From Piromyces finnis finn (lineage: Eukaryota; Fungi; Neocallimastigomycota): a stretch of DNA of 64,000 nt. This document shows positions 47,716 to 60,300 of the stretch, in pieces (the first letter of the stretch is position 1; each line of letters starts with the position of its first letter). The notes beneath the pieces were generated by a model that saw only the letters and a list, made by a program, of their open reading frames with translations, was not told the origin of the DNA and did not search any database. The DNA lies in the NCBI GenBank assembly GCA_002104945.1, contig MCFH01000007.1, forward strand, positions 372,001 through 436,000. The letters run 5' to 3'. Both the position numbers and the translations under genes were made by a program.

Positions 47716-48337
47716 TGATAACGGATTGGTAGTTATATTACAACTTTTTAACTACTTCTTCTGTTATCTTATATTGTTTTATCTCGACAGCTATTGTACG
47801 AGCTTTAACAATATCTACTAGTTTTATTAATTTATTTTAAGTTATTTTATAATTTTAATAGTTTTATTATTTTAATAATATTTATATAGAATAATAACAC
47901 CAGATTTATTCTATAAAATATTATTTATTATTAACACAATAATTACAAATTAGACAAGTTTAATTTCGTTTTTATATTTTCTTTTATTTATTGTTCTTAC
48001 GCTCTTTTTAACAATAATTTTTATTATATAAAAACTTATTTTTTGTCTTTTAAATATTATTATGTATTCACTAATTAATTATATTAACTATTATTAAAAT
48101 TTAACTTATTATTAGTAATCTAAGTCTTCTCATTTTCTACTAAAAATTATTATTATTCTTTATAATAAAAATTATTTTTATAATTTAACCCAATCAAATA
48201 TATAAATTTATAAAATATTTGATTTTATGTAAATTATATTTTTATAATAAACTATATAAAATTATTTAATAATTATTTTATAATAAAAATTTCTACTAAT
48301 ATCAAATGTATAATATATTTATAATTATTATTTATCA
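47716..48337. mobile_element. Probable solo LTR (622 bp) of a second LTR family
   Basis: Termini TGATAA...TTATCA (perfect 6-bp inverted repeat), flanked on both sides by TTCT (47712-47715 and 48338-48341). Begins 15 nt upstream of tRNA-Glu. Confidence 0.55.
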
Positions 48338-49341
48338 TTCTGAAAAATAATGAAATTAATAAATATAAAATTATTATTATACCTGATTTTTAAGTTAACC
48401 CTAAAAGTAACTTAAAACAAGTTATAGTTTAATTAAGTACTTTACCAAAATTCTTAAATAAAATTAATCCTAAACACTGCATATATTTTGATTATTGAAA
48501 GAAAATAATAAACTTTAACTAATCGAGATCAAAATATATAACTTTTGTTAAATTAATTGTTAAATTAAATATTTAATAACTTCGTTAGTAAATTACACTT
48601 TAAAAGTAAACAAATATAATAATTCATGTTATAAAATAATATAATTAAACACCTTTATTAAAACATTAAAAAATAATTATTATTTTAATTAATTGTAAAA
48701 TAAACAACTTTTTATATTCTTTAACTTTTAATTATTTCTTTTATTGTTATTTCTAATTACTTTTATTACTTTTATTGTAAATAGTTATTAATTTTATTGT
48801 TTTAATGTAAATAGTTTAAATTCAAAAGAAAATATAAATACATGTAAATATTCTTATTTTAATCATTATTATTATTATTAATAAAGAAATATTATATAGT
48901 TAGATTAATATTTTATAATTTTAATAATCACTTTTATACTTAAATAAATAAAATTTTAAATATTTAAATATTAGAAAAACAAGTGTTTCTAATAAAACAA
49001 TTTAGTGTTTTAACAAAACAATTTTATTAATTTTTATAAAAACGATTTTAAATCTTAATCAATATAACTTATATAGTTATAACAAAAGATATAATATAAT
49101 AATCACTTTTTGAAGTAAAATTCAAAATTAAGATTATTATCAAATTATATCAATTCAAAGAAAGAAACAAATAGATAATATTTTTTTGGCTATAATCTTA
49201 ATTTTCAAAACAGTAACTACTCGTAAAAGAATTAATAAACTTTCATTTTAATAGCATAATAAAATATTAAATCAAATTGTAATGATAAGGGTTTTTAATT
49301 TAATAAAAAAAAAAACATCAGAAATAATACTATAGATTTAA

Positions 49342-49756
49342 CCCTTTTAATATTAGAAGATGCATAACACTAACCCTTCATACTGTAATTTGATCAAAGG
49401 TTTTTATAAGTTTTATGTTTTTTACTTCAAAAAAGTATTTGTCTCTATAATGTATTATATTAAAAAATGGAACATAACGATACATTTTTAAATTCTTTTT
49501 TAATAGGTTTAAACTTTTACAGCGTATTTTAAAAAACTATTATATATATATAATTTTATAATAAAATTTTATATACATAATTTATTTAACCAATGCTAAC
49601 AACATACTCAAAGAAAAAGACTACTCAAGGAATCAGTTATTCTTACTAATAATATAAAAAATAATATGTTAATTTCTATATAAATAAAAAATGTAAATTA
49701 AATATTATATACTTTATAAAAATTTTTTATTTTTTTTTGGTTAAATATTGAAAGGG
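49342..49756. mobile_element. piggyBac-type MITE (415 bp)
   Basis: TIRs CCCTTT(T/C)AATATT (12/13 match) with TTAA on both sides (49338-49341 and 49757-49760); no ORF. Confidence 0.7.
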
Positions 49757-49829
49757 TTAAATTATTATATATATAAAAAGTATAACCCTTTAGCTTCTTT
49801 TTTACAATGATCTTTTAATAATTTTATCC

Positions 49830-49878
49830 TTTTTATTATTATTATTATTTATTATTTATTATTTATTATTTATTATTA

Positions 49879-49955
<77 letters not shown>
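49830..49955. repeat. (ATT)n-type microsatellite
   Basis: Direct reading. Confidence 0.9.
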
Positions 49956-49956
<1 letters not shown>

Positions 49957-50539
49957 ATTTTATGTAATTGTTACGAACTTTATTATTACTACATTTTTAA
50001 TTTTTAATTATAAATGAATTATATATAAACTATAAAGAATTAATTCTAATAAATTAAAAACTGTAAAAAAAATAAAAACTTTTGAAAAATTTTATAAATA
50101 TAGATCAAGAAAAGTAATGTTTTTTAGTTTTATAATAATAATAATAATAAAACATTTTATTCTTTAACATTATATAGCTAACATATTTTAAGAATGGCAA
50201 TATTGAGGCTTTCAGATAATAGAAATTAGGTTTTTTATAGTTGAATTTTTTAAAATTATAGTTATATTATTCCTTATTATTTTATTTTAATTTTTTTTTT
50301 TTTTTTTTTTTTTTTTCATATCATTAAATAAAATGTTAATTCTGGTAGTACTATTAATTATTTTTCTTGTTGATAGCAAGAAATATTTTTAAGAGAAGAT
50401 ATATTTTAGGATTTCTTATATAAAATCATATAGAATGGTAAATGAATTTTATTTTTGGAGAAATAGTTATTAAACTTTCTTAATGAAAACTATTATTATT
50501 CCATATAAGCTTGTTCTAATGATAAAAAGGATTAAGCTC

Positions 50540-51590
50540 TATATGTTTTATTTATTGGAACTGAACTGAAAATAATAAAGAATAAAAGGAAACTTTACTT
50601 AAAATGGTGGAATAAATGAATGATTATATATTATATTCTTTAAGTCAATAGAAACATAAGGGTTAGTGAGAAAACTTTTTTAGTACATATATTTAATAAA
50701 ATAAATGTTTGGAGAAGAGATCTTTGTTGAGAAAAAATTTTAAAAAATAAGTATATCAAAAAATTTTTAGAATCGAATAACATAACCAATGTAAAAGGTT
50801 GAGTCTACTTAATTAGGGGATCTATTAAAGTTGATAGTTTAACAACAATAGTTAACAATAGTTGTATACTTACTTATTCCAAAAGACATTTCATTTTAGT
50901 TTGCCTAATAAAGAACTAAATTAAACATCTTTTAAAGGTGCCATCAGAATGATGCCATCAGCAAAGTGATTGCCACAGCAACGTCTATTTCTTAAATTAA
51001 TATCAAGCCTTTCACACTTACTTAAAACATTATTGATGAAGAAATTAAATTGGTTAGGAGAAAGAGTGTATCTTTGTCTTGCACCATGGTTGATAGAGAA
51101 TTCATTTGAAAGCATATTCATGAAACGTGTACGGGTTGAGGCAAAGAAGAAATAATTGTGAAAAAATCAAAACATTTACCACATATACCTAATTTGTATA
51201 ACTTTATATAATGATATTAAAAATAGGAATTAAGTCGTATATTTTTTTTTGAGGTCTAAGAAAGCAACATAAGTAGCTTTTCCTTTAAAAATTTGCTTCT
51301 TTGATAGATTTCTCTAATGGATATAAATAGGCTAATCCATTCTTCTTTATTACAAAAATCAAAACTGCTCAGATCTGATAGAGTTATGAGAAAGAGATAT
51401 CTAAATTTTAGTTTTAAGAACTACATTAATGAATGATATATCCTCCGATAATTATTACAGTCTGAAAGATCACCTTTTTTTGGAATGGAAGCAGAGCTCC
51501 ATTTTTAAAGGAAAGGAGCCATTCCAAATTTTATTAAAAATTAATTTAAGACACTTTCTAACAAACTGATGTTTAGTAAAATAAACATTT
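50540..51590 (-). pseudogene. Degenerate RT fragment of an older, related LINE
   Basis: Frameshifted minus-strand translation gives FNKIWNGSFP, KKGDLSDCNNYRRI, YVAFLDLKK, GARQRYTLSPNQFNFFIN, HFADG, NEMSFGI, DSTFY and FLTNPY, in the same order as the intact LINE RT. The left boundary is approximate. Confidence 0.85.
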
Positions 51591-51770
51591 TTTTTTTCTA
51601 ACAACATCAAATATTTTTAAGCTTTATTACTTTAATTAAAATTATAATAAAAATAAATTTAAGACAATTTCTAACAAACTGATATTTAGTAAAAATAAAT
51701 ATTTTTTTTTTCTAACAACATCAAATATTTTTAAACTTTATTACTTTAATTAAAATTATAATACATGTTA
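51545..51770. repeat. 113-bp tandem duplication spanning the LINE A 3' junction
   Basis: TTTAAGACA...CTAACAAACTGAT...poly(T)-CTAACAACATCAAATATTTTT...AAAATTATAATA starts at both 51545 and 51658, with a few substitutions. Confidence 0.9.
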
Positions 51771-51954
51771 TAAAAAACAAAATTAAAAATAAAAATAAAA
51801 ATAAAAAAAAATGTTTAAATAAACACAAATGAATAAAAATTGGGTATAATATATTCGAGTCATTTTAATTAAAGTAAGAAAGCCATTATTATACTAAAGT
51901 ATAATAATTGTATTTGACTTTCAATGGGACACCGAGCCAAAGATCAAAATTTTG

Positions 51955-54900
51955 TCATGGAACAAAATTATGATCTCCATTGGTTGCGCTGGCCCTCCTG
52001 GCCTGTCTTACTGTTTCTTCAGCATTGACGCTCTTGGATGTTGTTTCAAACCTTTTGAACATTGACCATTGCTGGCCAATAGCAAAAGGCATGATTTTGG
52101 TTAGAAGTTCCGCGGTTACCGTCAAGAATGGTGTTCCTTCATTAGTACCAGATTGAATCTGACGCTTACAAAGTTCTTTCCATTCCCTTGAATTGTAATT
52201 GATATTGTTAAAACTTCTTCTCCCAAGAAGGAATTTAAATATTTTATTGCATACACTAGAATAATCATACACATTAATATTCATCGAATTATTAGAACTA
52301 TTAATATTGTTAATTAAATTACTATCTAAATTAGAATTATTAACTTCACAATTGCTATCATTACTAATATTATTATTTCTACTACTACTATTGTACTATT
52401 GTTATTAATATTATTGTTACTATTACTATTAATACTACTACTATCTCTACTGATATTAACATTTTCATTATTATTGATAGGATTGTTGGAATTACGTTGA
52501 CTGAAAAAAATTTAATAGCTGGACGATGGAATTGTAATGTTTACTACGGATATCTCTAAAAAGTTAGATAATCTAATAACCAATGCTTAATACTTTGATC
52601 TCCGCTCTTGCGAACAGTAGTTAGGACAAACTGGATCAACAAATTTAGCAGCTTTTGCAACTCTAGCATCCAACTTGTATCCGCTTCTTGCTTTCAATAG
52701 CCAGTAGAAGCCATAGGCAAACTCTGGGTACTCATAACATAATTTAATAAAATCTTTAGTTTCAATAAATTTATTATCATCATAATATTGCGCTTTGATT
52801 GAATTTCCTTTGAGATCTTTCCAATAAAAGTTTTTAATTGCTTTAACATCTCCATGTTTCTTTAGTTTTTTATCAAGTGTCCTACTTGATTTGCACCACG
52901 TGTATTTTCTAAATTTAGGAATGTAATTGACAAGGTGTGAGATAATACAATTTGAGTTTTTCCATTTGTTAAAACATCTAACCTGAGCTAACGCACATTT
53001 GGCTGACAATGGAGGAATATTCAAATCTTTTGAGATAGAGTATAAAGATATAAACGATACAGCTTTATGAACTCCGGCAATTCATCGTATTCCTTTGTTA
53101 ACATGCTTCTGAGCAATCCTAGACCTAGCTTTGTTGGATCCAAGTAATGGTGCAAAGTATGAAACTCTGCTAATCACTTGTGAGTTAAGTACTAGTTTTT
53201 TGAAAGGAATAGGAATATTAGGATTTCTTAAGAATTTACTGACTGAGAAAAGCCCTTTCAAAACCTTGTTATTAAGAGCTTTAATTACTGGTTTAAGGGA
53301 CAGATTCTTATCAAATGGAACACCAAGATAAGTATAGCAATCAGTAGTTGGAATGGGTTGTCCTGCTAAGTAAAATGTTGGATCTCTCTTGTTCTGATTT
53401 TCTATTGATTCAGGACGAATCACCATCGTTGAACATTTCTGGATACCAAATTCCATTTCATTATACAATGCCCATTCATTAACTCTTCTAAGCATCTTTT
53501 TTAAGCATCCTCTTGTTGGAGCACAAATAACTATATCATCTGCAAAAAGTCCACCACAGCATCGAGTGTCACCTAAACTGACTCCAAGATCTTCGCACTC
53601 TTTAAATATACCATTAATAAAGAGATTAAAGAGAATAGGAGAAAGAGGGCATCCTTGACGGACTCCTTTCTTCACATCAAAAGATTTCGAGAATTGTCCA
53701 TCTAATTTGACATTAGCCTTAGATGTTAAATATAAATTTTTGATAAATTTTAAACTCTTACCTCGGATTCCTAAACAATCTAATTTATGGAAAATATTAC
53801 CGATTGGGACTGAATCGTATGCTTTCCTGAGATCTAAAAAGGCCAAATATGTCTCTTTATTATCTAATTGACGTCTACGGCATATTTCTTGGATTGAAAT
53901 GAAAAGACTGATACTTTCTTCCTTTTTTCGAAAACCAAATTGTTCAGGTCTAATGAAATTATCCTTTAGACCATATTCTGAGATTCTAGTGGTGACAATT
54001 TTGGAAATCAACTTAATGCCATTATTGATAAGTGATATACCTCGATAGTTATCACAATCTGTCAAATCTCCCTTCTTAGGAATAGAAACAATACTGGATT
54101 CATTCCATGAGTTGGGGAAGTCTCCATCCCAAATACGGTTGAATAATTTAAGAATAAAATTTAAACCATGAGCATCATTATCTGAAGTAGTATTACCAGA
54201 AGAATTATTATCTGTAACATTATTAGAATCATTACTTGATGGAATTAATGCTTTGTAAAATTCAATTGGAATACCATCCGGACCTGATGCTTTATAATTT
54301 GGAGTAGAGAGGATAGCTGACTTGACTTCATCAATACTAATATCTTGGTTGATATCCCACTCATCAAGCATAGGAAGTGAAAAACGTTTATTCGTTGGTT
54401 CTTCATACCAATGCTCCAAATCAAGACTTACACCACTTGGATCTGATGCAAGATTTTCGAAATGATCATGCCACACATCTAGTTGTTCTTCCGTAGCAAC
54501 AACTAATTCTCCATTTTTATTTTTAATTGGTTGAGCAATAAAGAAAGAATCTTTTCCAATTTTTGCAGTTTTCTTGATCCATTTCCAGGCCTTCTTAGGA
54601 TTATGACTCTTCATATACTCACATCCTGTTTTAATCCAATGAAGATATTCTTGCTTCCTAAATTCATTACATCTTTTGTGGATGTAATCAATGAGTTTAC
54701 GGTAGATTTTAATTCTTTTAATAAATTCATCTATATCATAAATTCTTTCTTTTTTAAATCTCTTATACAACTTCATTTTGATTTTTTGAAGATTAAAAAT
54801 TTGTTGTGAAATATGAAATGAAGACTTTATAACATTATTTGCTGAGGTAATACTGAGCTCGTCTGCAATTGAAAAAGCAGTTGAAGTAAACTCTTTGGAA

Positions 54901-56444
54901 AGTTCATCTGTAGAAACATTAGGATCGTTGAATTTTGCTGAAAGTATTTGGGATTTATTATGACTGATAATAGATTCCTTTTCCTCAATACATTTTAATC
55001 TATTCCATTTCAGAATTTTCTTAGGAACATTAAAGTCATTAGAAAAATCTTCCATAGGAATAATTTTACCATTAATAAGAAGTGGCTTATGGTCTGATAC
55101 AGGATAAAAATTATTTATAAATGATCCTGAGTGAATAAGATCTTTCATCTTTGAATTGATAAGAGCATGGTCAATGTCGGAAGATTGATCACCTCGAGTC
55201 CAAGAGATAGTAGACCCTCTAAGCGGAAGAATTTTCCAATCTCCTAATCCATTAGTTGATAACCAGTTGGATAATTTTACTTTAGACATATTAAAATCAC
55301 CAACAAGAATCGATGGATGGGATGAATGAGTTTGTAACCACAAGCGAACTTCTAACTTTGCATGATCAACATAGATGTTGTGATGACTATGAGGCATATA
55401 AACATTTCCAATCGAGCATTTGAATCTATTCCAGAGACTAAAAGTATAAATAGAAATAATATACTTTCCAGAGAAGTTTTCAAGTGAGGCTTGACATGAA
55501 TTGTGAAAACCTAAATATAAACCTCTCATTCCCGGAACTGATTCGTCAGCTTTCTTGAAAAAGTGTCTATAGTTTCGCAAAGTAACACGACAAGGATAAT
55601 CTGTATTCGATCCAGAACCATTACCAGTTTCTTGGAAACATAAAAATAATGGTTTGAAAATAGCTGTGAAATAGCTAATACTATCTCTCTTTTCATGATT
55701 CCACCCATTGGTGTTCCAACTAAGACAAAAAGAAAAGTTATCAGGCTTGTTGGATGAGGAAGAATCGTTGCTATTATTATTATTATTAAAGTCATCGTTA
55801 TTAATGGATGATGCATCAGAGGAATAAGTAGAACTATTACTAGATGGCTGTGAAGCTGAAGAACTATCAACTATTGAACTGTTATCAGAGTTGATAGAGC
55901 TATTAGAATTAATTGTTGAATGTTGAGATTGAAATTGTGTTTGCTGTAGATCTGGAATATTTTCATGATTGGAAACTTGTTGAAGATCTTGTTGAAGATC
56001 TTGTTGAAGATCGGATTGTTGATGAGATTGTTGAACTGATTGTTGAAATGATTGTTGAATAGAATGTTGATGTTTATTAGAAACTAAAATTTTACGTTTG
56101 AGAGTGGAAAAAGTGTATTTGTGATTCCTTCTACTACGAGCTGAAAAGGAAATTGAGGTAACTGAAAGTTTCTTCTTTAACATGTGTAAGATTTTAATAC
56201 AATCTTTTGATGAACCATGAACCTTGACTAAGAAAAAGTGATCATTGAAAGTTTGAAAATATTTAACACTAATAACTGAATTAAATTTATCTTCTAGAAT
56301 AACCTCGAGTTTTTCCCATAGCATATTTACTGACCATGATCGAATACCACGGATAAAGAAGGAGCGAATATCATCTAAGGGGATACCATAAGACCGGGTA
56401 CCACGTCTGATATAATTCTTATCTTTAATATAAAGGACTGACAT
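51955..56444 (-). pseudogene. Disrupted APE-RT ORF of LINE A
   Basis: TGG to TGA nonsense change at ~53082, a small deletion/rewrite destroying the zinc knuckle near 52600-52615, and further indels in the Asn-rich part. Confidence 0.92.
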
Positions 56445-56932
56445 GATAATTAATTCTAATTAAAAAATATTGAATATAAAATAAATACTAATAAAAATTA
56501 TAAATATAACGTATATGGAAAAAATCTGTCTCTCTCTCTCTTCTTAAAAGTACTGGATAGTACAAAAATTGTTACGATGCTTTGTTTAAAGTTTCTTTTT
56601 TTGAATTCTAGTTGTAAATTTTTTTTAAAAATTCTAGTTTTGGTTTGTTGTTAGTAAATTCGAATCGCTTTTTGACACTAAACTTGTTTGACTTTACTTT
56701 TCATTAAATATTTAAATTGGTAAAAAAATTTGAATCAAGAATGTCGACACCAGAAAGCTTGTGAATAGTATTTTTACATGATGTAGAGTGAATCAGTCTC
56801 TTACAAGAAACAATACAACAATAGCTACATGAATATAAAAATACAATGCAAATGCTAAAGTTGACTACATTGGATTCTTACAAGAGAAGAGTAGTACTAC
56901 ATGAATACATGAATAAAAGAAAAAATACAGCA

Positions 56933-57076
56933 AAGGCACGTTCCTAAGAGGGCACCAAGCATCCATTGCGCAATACTTGGATTTAATTCTTTCTACTCTC
57001 TCAGTACCATGAGCATGAGTAGACCCCCTTGAGAAACTACATTTATTAAATAAATGAAGGCACGTTCCCAAGAGGG
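56933..57076 (-). repeat. 5' monomer repeat of LINE A (124-bp period, ~1.2 units)
   Basis: AAGGCACGTTCC(T/C)AAGAGGG recurs at 56933 and 57057. Confidence 0.9.
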
Positions 57077-57360
57077 TCTTTTTTAAGCATCCTCTTGTTT
57101 TTTTTTTTTTTTTTTTTTTAACGGCATCAAATATTTTAAACTTTATTATTAATTTAATTAAAATTATAATACATGTAATAAAAAATTAAAAAATAAAAAT
57201 AAAAATAAAAAAAAATATGTTTAAATAAACACAAATGAATAAAAATTGGGTATAATGTATTCTAGTAATTTTAATTAAAGTAAGAAAGCCACTATCATAC
57301 TAAAGTATAATAATTGTATTTGATTTCCAATGGGACACCGAGCCAAAGATCAAAATTTTG

Positions 57361-60300
57361 TCATGGAACAAAATTATGATCTCCATTGGTTGCGCTGGCC
57401 CTCCTGGCCTGTCTTACTGTTTCTTCAGCATTGACGCTCTTGGATGTTGCTTCAAACCTTTTGAACATTGTCCATTGCTGGCCAATAGCAAAAGGCATGA
57501 TTTTGGTTAGAAGTTCCGCGGTTACCGTCAAGAATGGTGTTCCTTCGTTAGTATCAGATTGAATCTGACGCTTACAAAGTTCTTTCCATTCCCTTGAATT
57601 GTAATTAATATTGTTAAAACTTCTTCCCCCAAGAAGGAATTTAAATATTTTACTGTACACACTAGAATAATCATACACATTAATATTCACCGGATTATTA
57701 GAACTATTACTATCATTAACTAAATTACTATCTAAATTAGAATTATTATCTTCACTATTGCTATCATTACTAATATTATTATTTCTATTATTGTTATTAT
57801 TACTATTGTTACTATTACTATTGTTACTATTACTATTGTTATTACTACTATTGTTACTATTACTATTAATGTTATTACTATCTCTACTGATATTATCAAT
57901 TTCATTATTATTGATAGGACTATTGGAATTACGTTGACTGAAAAAATTTAATAGCTGAACTATGGAATCATAATGTTTAATACGGATATCTCTAAATGTT
58001 GGACAATCTAATAACCAATGTTTAATACTTTGAACACCACACTTGCAACATGGACAGTAGTTAGGACAAACTGGATCAACAAATTTGGCAGCTTTGGCAA
58101 CTCTAGCATCCAACTTGTATCCGCTTCTTGCTTTCAATAGCCAGTAGAAGCCATAGGCAAACTCTGGGTATTCATAACATAATTTAATAAAATCTTTAGT
58201 TTCAATAAATTTATTATCATCATAATATTGCGCTTTGATTGAATTCCCTTTGAGATCTTTCCAATAAAAGTTTTTAACTGCTTTAACATCTCCATGTTTC
58301 TTTAGTTTTTTATCAAGTGTCCTACTTGATTTGCACCACGTGTATTTTCTAAATTTAGGAATGTAATTGACAAGGTGTGAGATAATACAATTTGAGTTTT
58401 TCCATTTGTTAAAACATCTAACCTGAGCTAACGCACATTTGGCTGACAATGGAGGAATATTCAAATCTTTTGAAATAGAGTATAAAGATATAAACGATAC
58501 AGCTTTATGAACTCCGGCAACCCATCGTATTCCTTTGTTAACATGCTTCTGAGCAATTCTAGACCTAGCTTTGTTGGATCCAAGTAATGGTGCAAAGTAT
58601 GAAACTCTGCTGATTACTTGTGAGTTAAGTACTAGTTTTTTGAAAGGAATAGGAATATTAGGATTTCTTAAGAATTTACTGACTGAGAAAAGTCCTTTCA
58701 AAACCTTGTTATTAAGAGCTTTAATTACTGGTTTAAGGGACAGATTCTTATCAAATGGAACACCAAGATAAGTATAGCAATCAGTAGTTGGAATGGGTTG
58801 TCCTGCTAAGTAAAATGTTGGATCTCTCTTGTTCTGATTTTCTATTGATTCAGGACGAATCACCATCGTTGAACATTTCTGGATACCAAATTCCATTTCA
58901 TTATACAGTGCCCATTCATTAACTCTTCTAAGCATCTTTTTTAAGCATCCTCTTGTTGGAGCACAAATAACTATATCATCTGCAAAAAGTCCACCACAGC
59001 ATCGAGTGTCACCTAAACTGACTCCTAGATCTTCGCACTCTCTAAATATATCATTAATAAAGAGATTAAAGAGAATAGGAGAAAGAGGGCATCCTTGACG
59101 GACTCCTTTCTTCACATCAAAAGATTTCGAGAATTGTCCATCTAATTTGACATTAGCCTTAGATGTTAAATATAAATTTTTGATAAATTGTAGACTCTTA
59201 CCTCGGATTCCTAAACAATCTAATTTATGGAAAATATTACCGATTGGGACTGAATCGTATGCTTTCCTGAGATCTAAAAAGGCCAAATATGTCTCTTTAT
59301 TATCTAATTGACGTCTACGGCATATTTCTTGGATTGAAATGAAAAGACTAATACTTTCTTCCTTTTTTCGAAAACCAAATTGTTCAGGTCTAATGAAATT
59401 ATTCTTTAGACCATATTCTGAGATTCTAGTGGTGACAATTTTGGAAATCAACTTAATACCATTATTGATAAGTGATATACCTCGATAGTTATCACAATCT
59501 GTCAAATCTCCCTTCTTAGGAATAGAAACAATACTGGATTCATTCCATGAGTTGGGGAAATCTCCATCCCAAATACGGTTGAATAATTTAAGAATAAAAT
59601 TTAAACCATGAGCATCATTATCTGAAGTAGTATTACCAGAAGAATTATTATCTGTAGCATTATTAGAATCATTACTTGATGGAACTAATGCTTTGTAAAA
59701 TTCAATTGGAATACCATCCGGACCTGATGCTTTATAATTTGGAGTAGTGAGGATAGCTGACTTGACTTCATCAATACTAATATCTTGGTTGATATCCCAC
59801 TCATCAAGCATAGGAAGTGAAAAACGTTTATTCATTGGTTCTTCATACCAATGCTCCAAATCAAGACTTACACCACTTGGATCTGATGCAAGCTTTTCGA
59901 AATGATCATGCCACACTTCTAGTTGTTCTTCCGTAGCAACAACTAATTCTCCATTTTTATTTTTAATTGGTTGAGCAATAAAGAAAGAATCTTTTCCAAT
60001 TTTTGCAGTTTTCTTGATCCATTTCCAGGCCTTCTTAGGATTATGACTCTTCATATACTCACATCCTGTTTTAATCCAATGAAGATATTCTTGCTTCCTA
60101 AATTCATTACATCTTTTGTGGATGTAATCAATGAGTTTACGGTAGATTTTAATTCTTTTAATAAATTCATCTATATCATAAATTCTTTCTTTTTTAAATC
60201 TCTTATACAACTTCATTTTGATTTTTTGAAGATTAAAAATTTGTTGTGAAATATGAAATGAAGACTTTATAACATTATTTGCTGAAGTAATACTGAGCTC

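Larger units (their letters stand above)
51702..57099 (-). mobile_element. Non-LTR retrotransposon copy A (full-length 5' end, inactivated)
   Basis: Poly(A) tail at 51702-51711, 3' UTR, ORF and 5' monomer all homologous to copy B. Confidence 0.93.

Noticed and set aside
48395-48407. TTAACCCTAAAAG resembling a piggyBac left end
   Set aside because: No matching right terminus found.
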